Assembly (NCBI GenBank): GCA_050253415.1
Contig: JBFWJC010000001.1
Location: 584,579 to 648,578 of the forward strand
Origin: Pedobacter sp.
GTDB lineage: Bacteria > Desulfobacterota > Desulfuromonadia > Desulfuromonadales > Syntrophotaleaceae
Length of the DNA: 64,000 nt
Direction: 5' to 3'
Below the pieces are notes generated by a model that worked only from the letters and a program-made list of their open reading frames with translations, had not been told where the DNA came from and ran no database searches. This document shows positions 39,432 through 49,561 of the stretch, piece by piece. Numbering within the stretch: position 1 is the stretch's first letter; every line of letters starts with the position of its first letter. A program made the position numbers and the translations under genes.

Positions 39432-39468
39432 GGGTGTCATTGACACCCGATGGTAAAGGCCATAGAAT
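39432..39468 (+). promoter_or_regulatory. radA sigma70 promoter with a palindrome over the -35
   Basis: TTGACA (39440-39445), 17 nt, TAGAAT (39463-39468); GGGTGTCA-T-TGACACCC at 39432-39448. Confidence 0.7.
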
Positions 39469-39494
39469 GGCGCCCTTATCGAGGAGAACAACGT

Positions 39495-40850
39495 TTGAAG
39501 ATAAAGACTTGTTACATCTGCCAACAGTGCGGCTACCAGAGTCCCAAATGGCTTGGACGTTGCCCGGATTGCGGCGAGTGGGATGTCATGGTTGAGGAAC
39601 GCCGCGAGCCGACTTCTGCGTCGCGTCGCGGGGGCGGTTGTGCGGCCACCGTGGTGCAGCGTCTCTCCGAAGTGGCAACCACTGCCGAACAGCGTTGTCC
39701 CAGTGGGCTGTCGGAGTTGGATCGGGTGCTTGGAGGCGGTGTGGTGCCGGGCTCACTGATTCTAATCGGTGGCGCTCCCGGTATCGGTAAATCCACTTTG
39801 TTGTTGCAGGCTGTCGACCGTCTGGCAAACTCCGGTCCGGTGCTGTACGTCACCGCCGAGGAATCGATGCGTCAGGTTAAAATGCGCGGCGAGCGGCTCA
39901 GCGTGAGCGCCAACGATCTTTTTCTCCTCCCCGAAACGTCCCTCGAGGTCATTCTGGAACGGGTGCGTGAGTTCAGACCTCGATTTCTGGTGGTTGATTC
40001 GATTCAGACCATTTTTACCGCCGACCTGGAATCGGCCCCCGGCAGTGTCAGCCAGGTTCGCGAGTGTGCCGGTCGTTTGATGCACTTGGCCAAAGGAGAG
40101 GGTGTGTCGACCTTTATTACCGGCCATGTCACCAAGGATGGCGCCATTGCAGGACCGCGCATGCTTGAGCATATGGTTGACACGGTGCTTTATTTTGAAG
40201 GCGATGCCGGGCATCCGTACCGGATTCTGCGGGCGGTGAAGAATCGTTTCGGTTCGACCAACGAAATCGGTGTGTTCGAGATGAAAGAGGGCGGTTTGGC
40301 CGAAGTGCTCAATCCTTCCGAGTTGTTTCTTGCCGAGCGTCCCGAGGGAGCGGCTGGCAGTGTGGTGGTGCCGACCCTGGAGGGGACGCGTCCGATTCTG
40401 GTTGAATTGCAGGCCCTGGTTTCGGTCAGCAATTTTGGCCAGCCACGCCGCACCGCCATAGGTATCGACCCCAATCGGGTGGCGCTGTTGGTCGCGGTAT
40501 TGGAGAAAAAGGTGGGCATGTCGCTGCTCAGCCAGGATATTTTTTTCAATGTAGCTGGCGGCGTGCGGCTTTCCGAACCGGGAGCCGACCTTGGGGTTAT
40601 CGCGGCGCTTGCCTCCAGCCATCTGAATCGCCCGGTACCGCCAAAGCTTATGCTGTTCGGTGAGGTCGGTCTGGCTGGAGAAGTGCGCGCGGTATCGCGT
40701 CCGGAATTGCGGGTGCGCGAAGCGGCCCGGCTCGGTTTTGATCGCTGCTATCTGCCGGCCAGTTGCCTCAAGACTGTTGAAGCCCCGCCGGGTATGGAAT
40801 TGCGCGGGGTACGTAATGTCGAAGAAGCGCTGAACGAGGTGTTCACATGA
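39495..40850 (+). CDS. radA: DNA repair protein RadA/Sms
   Basis: CQQCG...CPDC zinc finger, GAPGIGKSTL, KNRFG, GEVGLAGE; TTG start after GAGGAG. Confidence 0.96.
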   Translation: MKIKTCYICQQCGYQSPKWLGRCPDCGEWDVMVEERREPTSASRRGGGCAATVVQRLSEVATTAEQRCPSGLSELDRVLGGGVVPGSLILIGGAPGIGKSTLLLQAVDRLANSGPVLYVTAEESMRQVKMRGERLSVSANDLFLLPETSLEVILERVREFRPRFLVVDSIQTIFTADLESAPGSVSQVRECAGRLMHLAKGEGVSTFITGHVTKDGAIAGPRMLEHMVDTVLYFEGDAGHPYRILRAVKNRFGSTNEIGVFEMKEGGLAEVLNPSELFLAERPEGAAGSVVVPTLEGTRPILVELQALVSVSNFGQPRRTAIGIDPNRVALLVAVLEKKVGMSLLSQDIFFNVAGGVRLSEPGADLGVIAALASSHLNRPVPPKLMLFGEVGLAGEVRAVSRPELRVREAARLGFDRCYLPASCLKTVEAPPGMELRGVRNVEEALNEVFT

Positions 40851-42037
40851 TACACCCGTGGCGCGGCATGTGTCTGATTTTATTGGTCGGAGCACTTGTT
40901 TTGGCAGCGGTGTTGCCGGTAACGGCCGCACCGCGAATCCGTGCCGCCCAGGTAAGCTACTTACCCAGCCGCAACTATCCGGAAGTCGCCGCCGAGTTTG
41001 CGCGCATGCGCCGCTTGGGGCTGGATACCGTGATTTTCCGGGTATTTCAGCGCCCCGGTGATCGTTATTTCCCGTTTGTGCAGCCGCAGGGAAAAGCCGG
41101 AGTTTATTTTGCCACCGACGCCGCGCCGGTAGTAGCCGATGTTCTTGGTTCGATCACGACGTTGGCCCATGCCGCCGGGCTCAAGGTGTTCGCCTGGATG
41201 ACCACCCTCAGTACGCCGTTGATCGAAAGGGATGCCTGGTGTGGCCGGCGCTACGATCCGGCCAGTGAGCGGATCGTACCCTGCGAAGCACTGGATCCCT
41301 TTCGTCCGGAGGTACGGCAACGCCTTGCCACCCTGTTCAGGGACCTGGCGCGTTACGATATCGATGGGGTGTTGCTGCAGGACGATCTGGTGTTGCGACA
41401 GACCGAGGGGTTTTCCAGCGCCGCTCTGGGCGTTTGCTTGCGCGATACCGGTCGAATACTGTCACCTGCGCAGCTTTTTCCCGAGACGCAAAAAGATGCG
41501 GATGGCAAAGTGCGCGTAAGCCGTCTCGGAGCCCCGTTTTACGATTGGGCACGCTGGAAAAACCATAGTCTTTTGCAGTTGGCTGCCGAGATGCGGACCG
41601 CCGCCCGGCAGGTGCGACCCGGCCTGCCTTTTGCTCTGAATCTACCTTACGAGGTATTGACCGCACCGCATCATGGCCTGGCTTGGTTTTCGCAGGACTT
41701 TTCCCTGGCCCTGGGTGCGGACTTTGATTATCTGGCGATTATGGCTTATCACCGGCAGATGGCTGCGGAACTGTCCGTGCCTGTCGAAGAAGCTATCGCC
41801 CAAATAGGAAACCTGGCCGTTTCCGGGGTGCGTGGCACACGCGACCCGGCCGGGTTGTTACTTAAACTGCAGACGCGTGATTTTGTCAGTTCCCGGGATG
41901 TGACTGCCGATGAACTGAGACACCTTATGTACAGTGCTGAACGTGCCGGGCCAGTAAGTCTGGCTTTTTTTCCCTACCGCGATTCTCTGGAAGTCATGAC
42001 TGAGAAGGTGGTGCCAAATAGGATTGAGGAGGAGTGA
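40847..42037 (+). CDS. Exported stand-alone glycoside hydrolase resembling the PgaB C-terminal (GH153-like) domain
   Basis: Signal peptide; GVYF...[22 protein letters not shown]...[23 protein letters not shown] align by eye with the C-terminal domain of PgaB in this window. Confidence 0.75.
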   Translation: MIHPWRGMCLILLVGALVLAAVLPVTAAPRIRAAQVSYLPSRNYPEVAAEFARMRRLGLDTVIFRVFQRPGDRYFPFVQPQGKAGVYFATDAAPVVADVLGSITTLAHAAGLKVFAWMTTLSTPLIERDAWCGRRYDPASERIVPCEALDPFRPEVRQRLATLFRDLARYDIDGVLLQDDLVLRQTEGFSSAALGVCLRDTGRILSPAQLFPETQKDADGKVRVSRLGAPFYDWARWKNHSLLQLAAEMRTAARQVRPGLPFALNLPYEVLTAPHHGLAWFSQDFSLALGADFDYLAIMAYHRQMAAELSVPVEEAIAQIGNLAVSGVRGTRDPAGLLLKLQTRDFVSSRDVTADELRHLMYSAERAGPVSLAFFPYRDSLEVMTEKVVPNRIEEE

Positions 42038-42519
42038 TGAGTGATCGTTTGACCCATCTTGATGAAAACGGCAAAGCGGTGATGGTGGAAGTCGGAGAAA
42101 AAACCGCCACCAGTCGTACCGCGATCGCCCGTGGTGAAGTCCGTATGAAAGAATCGACCCTGCAACTTATTATGAGCGGTGAAGTGGCCAAGGGCGATGT
42201 ATGGGCGGTCGCGCGGGTTGCAGGCATTATGGCCGCAAAAAAAACCCCCGAATTGATCCCCTTGTGCCATCCTCTATTGCTTACCTCTGTGACGGTTGAT
42301 TTCACCACCTTTCCCGGTGAAGGTAGAGTCGAAATCGAGGCCAAGGTGCGTGTCACGGGCCAGACCGGTGTGGAGATGGAGGCTTTGACAGCCGTTGCCG
42401 CTGCAGGGTTGGCGATTTACGATATGTGTAAGGCGGTCGACAAGGAAATGGTGGTCTCCGAAATACGCCTGATGGAAAAACATGGCGGTAAGAGCGGTAC
42501 CTTTCTCCGTCAGGAATGA
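42037..42519 (+). CDS. moaC: Cyclic pyranopterin monophosphate synthase
   Basis: [35 protein letters not shown]. Confidence 0.96.
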   Translation: MSDRLTHLDENGKAVMVEVGEKTATSRTAIARGEVRMKESTLQLIMSGEVAKGDVWAVARVAGIMAAKKTPELIPLCHPLLLTSVTVDFTTFPGEGRVEIEAKVRVTGQTGVEMEALTAVAAAGLAIYDMCKAVDKEMVVSEIRLMEKHGGKSGTFLRQE

Positions 42520-42734
42520 TCGGAAGATAGCGGGTGACTGTTGCATGCTGCGAAATTCCTGATACTGTTCCGTGCGGATAGTCTTAGCAAGTAATTTTGA
42601 TCCGTTCATGGATCCCTGATGAGAGAAGTCAGGCAACGTTGCTTTGGGCTGGAAAGAGAAGACAGGATTGACCGCATGGCTGGCTTGGCAGGCGTGCGGG
42701 CTTTTTGCAGGAGGGCTGATGGAAGGCAGGTACC

Positions 42735-43265
42735 ATGGAACCTGAGATGCCAATGGTGTTCGCGATTCGTCGGGCGTTTGTATGGTCGCTTGGAGTGTTG
42801 CTTGGAGTGCTGGTCGCTCTGGCGATCCTCTGCATTGTTCAGGGACAGCCCGGTATTAAAATCGGTTTGCTTGGCCTTATCATTTTGCTGTTGAGTGTCT
42901 TGCTGGGTGCCAGCTTGTCCCGGCGACTCGTGGTTGATGAGGACTGTGTTGTTTTGCATCGTCTCGGGCAAACCAAAACCCTGAGATTTTTTGATATGAC
43001 GGCGGTGGAATCCCTGATGCTGCGCAAAAGGGTATTTTTGACCCTTTGTGCAGGGGAGGAGTTCATCATTTTATCCAATGCCTATGGTGATTTCCCCGCG
43101 CTTGTCAAACTGCTGCTTGCCAAGGTTCCGGCGCAAAGCATCAGCGATGACACGCGCAGCATGGCTGTTGCGCCACCGGTGCGCCATGGGGATATCGTAT
43201 CTTGCTGGCTTGCGATCGCGTTGGTGCTGGTGATCCTTTGGCATCAGTTGTCCACCGGCAGCTGA
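42735..43265 (+). CDS. Hypothetical membrane protein
   Basis: Two N-terminal TM helices, a soluble middle domain and a C-terminal TM helix. Confidence 0.65.
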   Translation: MEPEMPMVFAIRRAFVWSLGVLLGVLVALAILCIVQGQPGIKIGLLGLIILLLSVLLGASLSRRLVVDEDCVVLHRLGQTKTLRFFDMTAVESLMLRKRVFLTLCAGEEFIILSNAYGDFPALVKLLLAKVPAQSISDDTRSMAVAPPVRHGDIVSCWLAIALVLVILWHQLSTGS

Positions 43266-43278
43266 TGGCCCATTTTTG

Positions 43279-43307
43279 TTGACTTGACAATCGATTTCAT
43301 TTACATT
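43279..43307 (+). promoter_or_regulatory. Sigma70 promoter of dksA
   Basis: TTGACT, 17 nt, TACATT. Confidence 0.55.
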
Positions 43308-43337
43308 TTCAAGCTCAAATAGCACAAGGAGAATTGC

Positions 43338-43694
43338 ATGGATCAGGAAACATTGAAAGAGTTCAAGGGGCTCCTTGAGTCTCAGTTGGAGACGCTGTTG
43401 CGGGATGCCGGCAAGACCGTATCGGAAATGACCGACGACCAAACCAACTTTCCCGACCCTACCGACAGGGCTTCTCTGGAATCGGATCGTAATTTCGAGC
43501 TGCGCATTCGTGATCGCGAACGCAAGTTGATCATGAAAATTCGCCAGGCTATAGAGCGTATCGATCAGGGAACTTTCGGGGAGTGTGAATGCTGTGAAGA
43601 GCCGATCGGCGTTGATCGCTTGCGTGCTCGTCCGGTAACGACGCTTTGCATCGACTGCAAAACCGAGCAGGAGCGCAAGGAAAAGATCGGCTAA
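43338..43694 (+). CDS. dksA: RNA polymerase-binding factor DksA
   Basis: DPTDRA coiled-coil tip; CECC...CIDC zinc finger; RLRARP. Confidence 0.95.
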   Translation: MDQETLKEFKGLLESQLETLLRDAGKTVSEMTDDQTNFPDPTDRASLESDRNFELRIRDRERKLIMKIRQAIERIDQGTFGECECCEEPIGVDRLRARPVTTLCIDCKTEQERKEKIG

Positions 43695-43710
43695 ATTTTC
43701 TGCCAAAGGG

Positions 43711-46041
43711 ATGACTGGTCCGGGGAGTGCGATGGTCTGCAATGGTTACTCGATCCTCCATGAAGTATTGCGCCATGCCAGTAGTGCGCAAATTCCCCCT
43801 TTGGAAAAATGCAAAGATATATTAGCTTTACTGCAACGCTCCTTGCCATTGGCGGGAGCGTTTTTTTGGTATCCGGAAAAATTTTCCAGTCACGGAAAAA
43901 GGTTTCTGTCCGCGAGTGGTTCCGACGCATTTCCCCCCTGTGAATATCCGCTATCTTACACCACGGATCATATATCGGACCTTTGTCTCGCAGCTCCGGA
44001 AGCCGGCGCTCTTCATTACCCCGCCGTCGAATCCGGTCGTGATCTCGGTGTGCTCACCCTGGTTTTTTGTGGCCCTCTCCCCACGGATACATCTTCCGAA
44101 CTTTTAGGACCGTCCATCAGTCTGATCCTTGCCGGTTTGGTGCGCCAGCACCTTGAGGACTGCCAACATCACCAGCAGTTGCAGGGGATGATGCTGTTGT
44201 CCGAGCTCGCTCGAGCGCTTGGCGGTACTACCGACTTGCCATCGGTGCTGGAGGCACTATGGCTTGTTATGGAGAAAGGCGGTGGCGTGGCATGTGCTAT
44301 TTTGCGTTCCATGCACGGTGCGACGGTTTTGGGTCAGCCTCAGGTACGAATAGTGACGCACCGTCAGGCCGATCTGCCGATTTTCGAAAAAATGGAGTCA
44401 CAGCTTGCTTCCTGCATCCTTAAGGATGGAAAGGTGACATTTGTCTGCGGGGAAGGCGCGCAGAATGCTGTCATTGGTATGCCTCTGCTGTTTCAGGGGC
44501 GCATAATGGGGACCCTGTTTTTGGCGGAGGATGGACGTAGCGGAGCCTTGGGGTTGTCGCCATCCGAAGGCAACAAAGCTTTTTTCGATAGCTTGGGGGT
44601 GCAAATAGCGCAAACTCTTGAGCGTATCGAAGCCTTTCAGGATCGGGCTCACCTGCTTGAAGAAAATACCCATAAGCTGCATGAATTTTCCTTGTTGTAT
44701 CGCATTTCACGGGCCATGCACGGAACTTTGCGGCTTGACGAACTGATGCACCTTATCCTGTCGGCTGTCACCATCCCATGGGGCGGTGGTTTTGAGCGTG
44801 CCATGCTGTTTCTGGCCAATGAGCGTAGTGGCGTTTTACAGGGCATGGTCGGGGTGACTCGCATATCGGCCCGTCATTTATTTCCCCGGGAAGAAGCCGA
44901 AGTCGAGTGGGAACTGCCGCTGATAACCGAGGATATTCGGGAACGCCAGCGGCAGGATGCTTTTTGTCAGCTGGTGGTTAAGCAGCGGCTACCATTGTCG
45001 GTTGAAGACAACCCCCTGGCCCGCGCTCTGGCCCAGGATAAGCTCATTTTTCTTACCGATACGCATGTCTTTCAGGGTGCATTCGGACGATTGGCGGAGA
45101 CTCTTGCCCTCAATGCGTGCGCTTTAGTGCCGTTAAGAGGCCGCAGCCGTGCCTTGGGGGTGTTGGTCGTTGACAGTAGCTGTATGCCCCAGTCGGCGCT
45201 TGTTGAGCGGCGCAGGTTTCTCGAGCTGTTCGCTAATCAGGCTGCACAGGCCATGGAGAACTCCATGTTGCTGAATCGTCTTGAAACCTCCCACAGGGAT
45301 TTGCGTGAGACGCAGGAGCGACTCATACAAGGTGAAAAAATGGCCGCCTTGGGTGAAACTGCGGCTTCTGTCACCCACGAATTGCGCAATCCTCTGGTTT
45401 CCATCGGTGGTTTCGCGCGTCGTCTGGCTCGGTCGCTGCCGGAAGGTTCTTCGCTGCGGGAGTATAGCGAGATTATCGTGCGGGAAGTCCGGCGTATGGA
45501 AGATATGCTGACCAACATCCTGGGTTTTTCAAAAAAACAGATGTTGTGTATTGCTGATTGCGATCTGATCAAGGTCATTGAAGAAGTGCTGATGCTTGAG
45601 GAGGACGCTCTTCGCGAAGCGAATGTGCAACTGGTAAGAGAATTCAGCGAGGATATCGCTGCCATCCAGGGAGATGAGCAGAAACTTCGTCAGGTTATGG
45701 TCAATTTGATCGATAATGCGCGGCAGGCCATGCGTGATGGAGGGGTGCTTATCGTTCGCGTTTACCGGGCTTCGTTACGGGGGGACCGGGCTGTGGCCGT
45801 AGAGATTGAAGATACCGGTGGTGGTATTCCGGCCAATATTCTGCGCAATATTTTTAACCCGTTTTTTACCACACGCAAGCAAGGTACCGGGTTGGGTTTG
45901 CCCATTGTGCATCGCATTATCGAACATCATCAGGGGGAAATCGAAGTTCAGAATACTGAACGGGGAGCGCGTTTTGTTTTGCGATTGCCGGAAGCTCCGC
46001 CCGTCTGTCAGACAATGGAGAAGCACAGGCCATTCCGTTGA
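43711..46041 (+). CDS. Cytoplasmic multi-GAF sensor histidine kinase
   Basis: GAF-like segments; HELRNPL H-box, NLIDNA, DTGGGI, FNPFFTT, GTGLGL. Confidence 0.9.
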   Translation: MTGPGSAMVCNGYSILHEVLRHASSAQIPPLEKCKDILALLQRSLPLAGAFFWYPEKFSSHGKRFLSASGSDAFPPCEYPLSYTTDHISDLCLAAPEAGALHYPAVESGRDLGVLTLVFCGPLPTDTSSELLGPSISLILAGLVRQHLEDCQHHQQLQGMMLLSELARALGGTTDLPSVLEALWLVMEKGGGVACAILRSMHGATVLGQPQVRIVTHRQADLPIFEKMESQLASCILKDGKVTFVCGEGAQNAVIGMPLLFQGRIMGTLFLAEDGRSGALGLSPSEGNKAFFDSLGVQIAQTLERIEAFQDRAHLLEENTHKLHEFSLLYRISRAMHGTLRLDELMHLILSAVTIPWGGGFERAMLFLANERSGVLQGMVGVTRISARHLFPREEAEVEWELPLITEDIRERQRQDAFCQLVVKQRLPLSVEDNPLARALAQDKLIFLTDTHVFQGAFGRLAETLALNACALVPLRGRSRALGVLVVDSSCMPQSALVERRRFLELFANQAAQAMENSMLLNRLETSHRDLRETQERLIQGEKMAALGETAASVTHELRNPLVSIGGFARRLARSLPEGSSLREYSEIIVREVRRMEDMLTNILGFSKKQMLCIADCDLIKVIEEVLMLEEDALREANVQLVREFSEDIAAIQGDEQKLRQVMVNLIDNARQAMRDGGVLIVRVYRASLRGDRAVAVEIEDTGGGIPANILRNIFNPFFTTRKQGTGLGLPIVHRIIEHHQGEIEVQNTERGARFVLRLPEAPPVCQTMEKHRPFR

Positions 46042-47030
46042 GCTAAGCTTTATTGGGGGTGGTAGCAGAGGTTGAGAAAAAATGTCTTCGCAACGTTTGG
46101 ATCAGAAAGGCGTAAATTCATTCTGATTCAAATAAACGGTAGAAAGGTCCGTGCTGAAAGTGCGGGCCTTTTTTTGTGCCGAATCCAGGAGGACTATGTG
46201 GGGGATGATCACTTGTCACCATTAAGATATTGAGTATTGATGCAAGGCAGGATCGTCTACATTTTACCGAAAAATGTGAAACGATTTTTTGATTATCGCT
46301 AAAGAATTGAAATATCAAGCCGCATTGCATGTCAAAAATATAGCATTACTCAGCTCTAATCGACAAAAAGCACAATAATTGATATCAAAAAAAACCACGG
46401 TTTTGAAAGTTTTTCAGAAGGTCGGAAAATGGGTGTTCCCCCTTGGGGAATGATAGGAAAAAATTGTGCCTGACTTGCAAAATGGCAAGGGGCTGATATG
46501 CTGAAGAACATATGGGACTCACTGGCAACCACCATAGTCCAATCCTTGGCGCGCATGGTTTTTTCCCTCCTGACCGGCGCGCATTTTTTTTGCCTTCTTA
46601 CAGGTTTTTTGAAGGTGTAAACTAAACAGCGTATGGGAGAAAAACATCGATTCGGATATGAATAAACAGGGGTAAGAGGTACTTCCGTTTTGGGTAAAAA
46701 ACAGGCAGTCAGGTAGGGAATAATTTGCTTGCAAGGTATAAGGTGCTCTGTTATAAGTACCAAAGTTGCAAAAAATGCCATGTCTGTAATACAATGTTCT
46801 ATGCAAATCACAATGATGACAGATAACGAATTGGCCAGGTTTTGCAATATGTGATGTCGATATTGCTCATGTTCCGTATGCGCAGGAAGGTTGGCCTGTG
46901 CATACAGCTAAAACGTAAATAATCTCGGGTTATTCATCCGCACGCATCTGCTGTGCGGAGTCGCACTTGTGCGTTCTCTAGATGTTTGGGTAAGGTGAAC
47001 AATCAACAGCAAAGACTAGGAGGATTAGGT

Positions 47031-48380
47031 ATGGCACAGGCAATGATCGATCAATTGGTAGCCAATGCTAAAAAGGCTGCCGCCGAATTTAAGACCTACA
47101 CCCAAGAGCAGGTCGATAAGATTACCGCGGCCATGGATGCGGCCAGCGTAGCTAACGAAGTCAAGCTTGCCGAGATGGCCGTTGAAGAAACCGGTATCGG
47201 TCGCGCTGACCACAAAGCCATCAAGAATCACCTCGGCGCTCATATCGTTTATGAGTATTTCAAGGACAAAAAATCCGTTGGTGTTATCAAAGAAGAAGAA
47301 GGCGTGAAGTACGTTGCCGAGCCTTTCGGCGTGCTGGCGGCTGCTACGCCGACCACCAACCCGACTTCTACCGTCATGTTCAAGTCTTTGATCTCCATGA
47401 AGACCCGCAACGTGATCATCTTTGCTTTCCACCCTCGCGCACAGAAGTGCAGCGCCGAAGCAGCCAAGATCATGTTGGACGCCGCTATTGCTGCCGGCGC
47501 CCCCAAGAATTGCATCCAGTGGATCGAAACTCCTTCCATTGAAGCGACCGGTATGCTCTTCAACCATCCGGGCGTGAACCTGATTCTCGCCACCGGCGGT
47601 AACGCCATGGTTAAGTCCGCTTACAAATCGGGTCACCCCGCTATCGGTGTAGGTGCTGGTAACACCCCCGTATTCGTTTCCAAGTCCGCCAACCTCAGTG
47701 TTGCGGTCAACAACGTTATCGCTTCCAAGACCTTCGACAACGGCACTATCTGCTCCTCTGACCAGTCGATGATCTTCGATGATAAGGAAACCTGCGACAA
47801 GGCCGTGAAGCTGCTGATCGAGCGCGGTGCTTACCTCGTCAAGCCGGAAGAGAAAGCCAAGCTCGAAGCGGTCATGTTCGACAAGGAAAGAGGCGTTCCG
47901 GCCATGCAGATCGTAGGCAAGTCGCCCCAGGCCATTGCCAAACTCGCTGGCATCACGGTGCCCGATGACGCTAAATTGCTCCTCGTGCCTTTGACCTGCA
48001 TCGGTCATGAGGACTGGTTCAGCCATGAAAAACTTTCCCCTGTTCTCGGCTACATCGCCTTCAACAGCACTGACGAGGCGATCGACGCAGCCAAAAACCA
48101 GCTTCTTTGGGGCGGCGCCGGTCACACTGCCGTTGTTCATGCCCAGGATGAGAAAGTTCTGGAAAAGTTCGCCATGGAAATTCCCGCAAACCGCCTGCTG
48201 TTGAATCAGCCTGCGGTACACGGCAGCGTTGGTCTCATCTACAACAAGCTGCCGCCTTCATTGACCCTTGGTTGTGGTACCGATGGTGGTAACTATCTGG
48301 GCAACAACATCAACTACAAAGACCTTTTGAGCATTAAGACCGTCGCATCCCGTATCGTTGATTACGAGCGTGATGAATAA
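47031..48380 (+). CDS. CoA-acylating (acet)aldehyde dehydrogenase (stand-alone AdhE N-terminal-type domain)
   Basis: PTTNPTST, HPRA, LATGG, GVGAGNTP, KTFDNGTICSS (catalytic Cys), EKLSP, GHTA, SLTLGCG; AGGAGG RBS. Confidence 0.93.
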   Translation: MAQAMIDQLVANAKKAAAEFKTYTQEQVDKITAAMDAASVANEVKLAEMAVEETGIGRADHKAIKNHLGAHIVYEYFKDKKSVGVIKEEEGVKYVAEPFGVLAAATPTTNPTSTVMFKSLISMKTRNVIIFAFHPRAQKCSAEAAKIMLDAAIAAGAPKNCIQWIETPSIEATGMLFNHPGVNLILATGGNAMVKSAYKSGHPAIGVGAGNTPVFVSKSANLSVAVNNVIASKTFDNGTICSSDQSMIFDDKETCDKAVKLLIERGAYLVKPEEKAKLEAVMFDKERGVPAMQIVGKSPQAIAKLAGITVPDDAKLLLVPLTCIGHEDWFSHEKLSPVLGYIAFNSTDEAIDAAKNQLLWGGAGHTAVVHAQDEKVLEKFAMEIPANRLLLNQPAVHGSVGLIYNKLPPSLTLGCGTDGGNYLGNNINYKDLLSIKTVASRIVDYERDE

Positions 48381-48443
48381 TCTCAAAAGTAATTGCTTGG
48401 ATGGCTATCCTTAAAGGATGTTGTCCGGCCTTGTTTGAAGAGT

Positions 48444-48484
48444 AAAAAGAGGGCCTCTCCCAATGGGAGAGGCCCTCTTTTTTC
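48444..48484 (+). terminator. Intrinsic terminator
   Basis: AAAAAGAGGGCCTCTCCCA / TGGGAGAGGCCCTCTTTTT. Confidence 0.9.
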
Positions 48485-48747
48485 ATAGTAACGTTGATCT
48501 CCAGCTAAAAACGGCTTAAGTGCGCATGTCTTTTCATGTAAGGTCTTTTGCAGGTTTGGTCAGCACAGCTGGCTAGAAATCCTGATGCTACGGAACTGGA
48601 GGATCCACTGTGGGTTTAAGGGTGTGCTAGCCCCTTCCAACGGAGACAATGTTATCCGAGGTTGCTTTAGCGATAGCATTTGGTGTAAGACTGGTCGGCA
48701 AGCCAAGATGGGTTTGGATCAGATCGAATTCAATGGGGAGGTGAGGT

Positions 48748-49149
48748 ATGGCGGACAGCGGACAGCAAGATGATGCTAAGAAAAAGCGGGCCGGTTGGGC
48801 GCGCTGGGTTGATATTGTTCTACGAAGCCTGCATATTGGTGTAGCAGGAGTTTTGCTGGGAGGGGTTATCTTCAAGCAACCGGTTCCTGTCCTGCATTAC
48901 TGGGCCTGGTGGACCGCCGGCACCGGTCTGGGATTGGTGGCTTCTGAAATTTACCATAGCTGGCGCTGGCCTTATCAGGGACGCGGGGTTATGGCCATGC
49001 TGCATATCGGTTGCGTCGCGGTTGTGCATGTGTGGATTCAACACGCGGAACCGCTGATGTGGGCGGCTTTGCTTATTGGTGGCGTTGGCAGTCACATGCC
49101 TCGTAAGTTACGTCACTGGTCCTTTCGGGATGGACAGGTCATGGATTGA
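48748..49149 (+). CDS. Hypothetical 4-TM membrane protein
   Basis: GAGG RBS; hydrophobic segments; LRSLHI...SHMPRKLRH. Confidence 0.7.
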   Translation: MADSGQQDDAKKKRAGWARWVDIVLRSLHIGVAGVLLGGVIFKQPVPVLHYWAWWTAGTGLGLVASEIYHSWRWPYQGRGVMAMLHIGCVAVVHVWIQHAEPLMWAALLIGGVGSHMPRKLRHWSFRDGQVMD

Positions 49150-49178
49150 AACAAGATCCAAAGTTGCATTGAAAATAG

Positions 49179-49213
49179 AACGAGGGCGGAGACAGTGTTT
49201 CCGCCCTCGTTTT
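49179..49213. terminator. Terminator between convergent genes
   Basis: AACGAGGGCGGA / TCCGCCCTCGTT followed by TT. Confidence 0.7.
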
Positions 49214-49225
49214 ATATGCGTTGAA

Positions 49226-49492
49226 TCAAGGGTGATCAAAAACCATCTGTTGTACGGATACACCGTCTATCGCATCAAGCTTTTGCGCAAGTTCCTTAAC
49301 TTTCCCCGGATCACCAATCATTTCAAGAAGGATCAAGCCAAATCCCGCACAGAATTGTCCCGTTACCTCATGCAGGCCAATGCGGGTCTTAATGTTGCAG
49401 CCGTAATCGGTCAAGAGCTGTTGAACATCCGAAGCTCGCTTGATGCGGTCATCTACATGAATCCCAACGATGTAGTGCGTATCCTGCGCCAT
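49226..49492 (-). CDS. Small ferredoxin-fold protein (TM1266 / iron-only hydrogenase regulator-like)
   Basis: VQQLLTDYGCNIKTRIGLH...GLILLE...IDGVSVQ; AAGGAG RBS. Confidence 0.7.
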   Translation of the reverse strand: MAQDTHYIVGIHVDDRIKRASDVQQLLTDYGCNIKTRIGLHEVTGQFCAGFGLILLEMIGDPGKVKELAQKLDAIDGVSVQQMVFDHP

Positions 49493-49561
49493 GATGTACT
49501 CCTTTTGATAAAGAGGTGGATTGTGGAACGCAAGGCCTCTGACCGGCTGTGGCCAGAGAAT

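Noticed and set aside
46831..46846. Sigma54 promoter TTGGCCAGGTTTTGCA
   Set aside because: Only 9 nt between GG and GC; the -24/-12 element needs 10
46356..46847. 163-aa minus-strand ORF in the long intergenic gap
   Set aside because: AT-rich, atypical composition, no RBS or motifs; more likely regulatory DNA
47025..48221. 398-aa minus-strand ORF
   Set aside because: Antisense shadow of the aldehyde dehydrogenase
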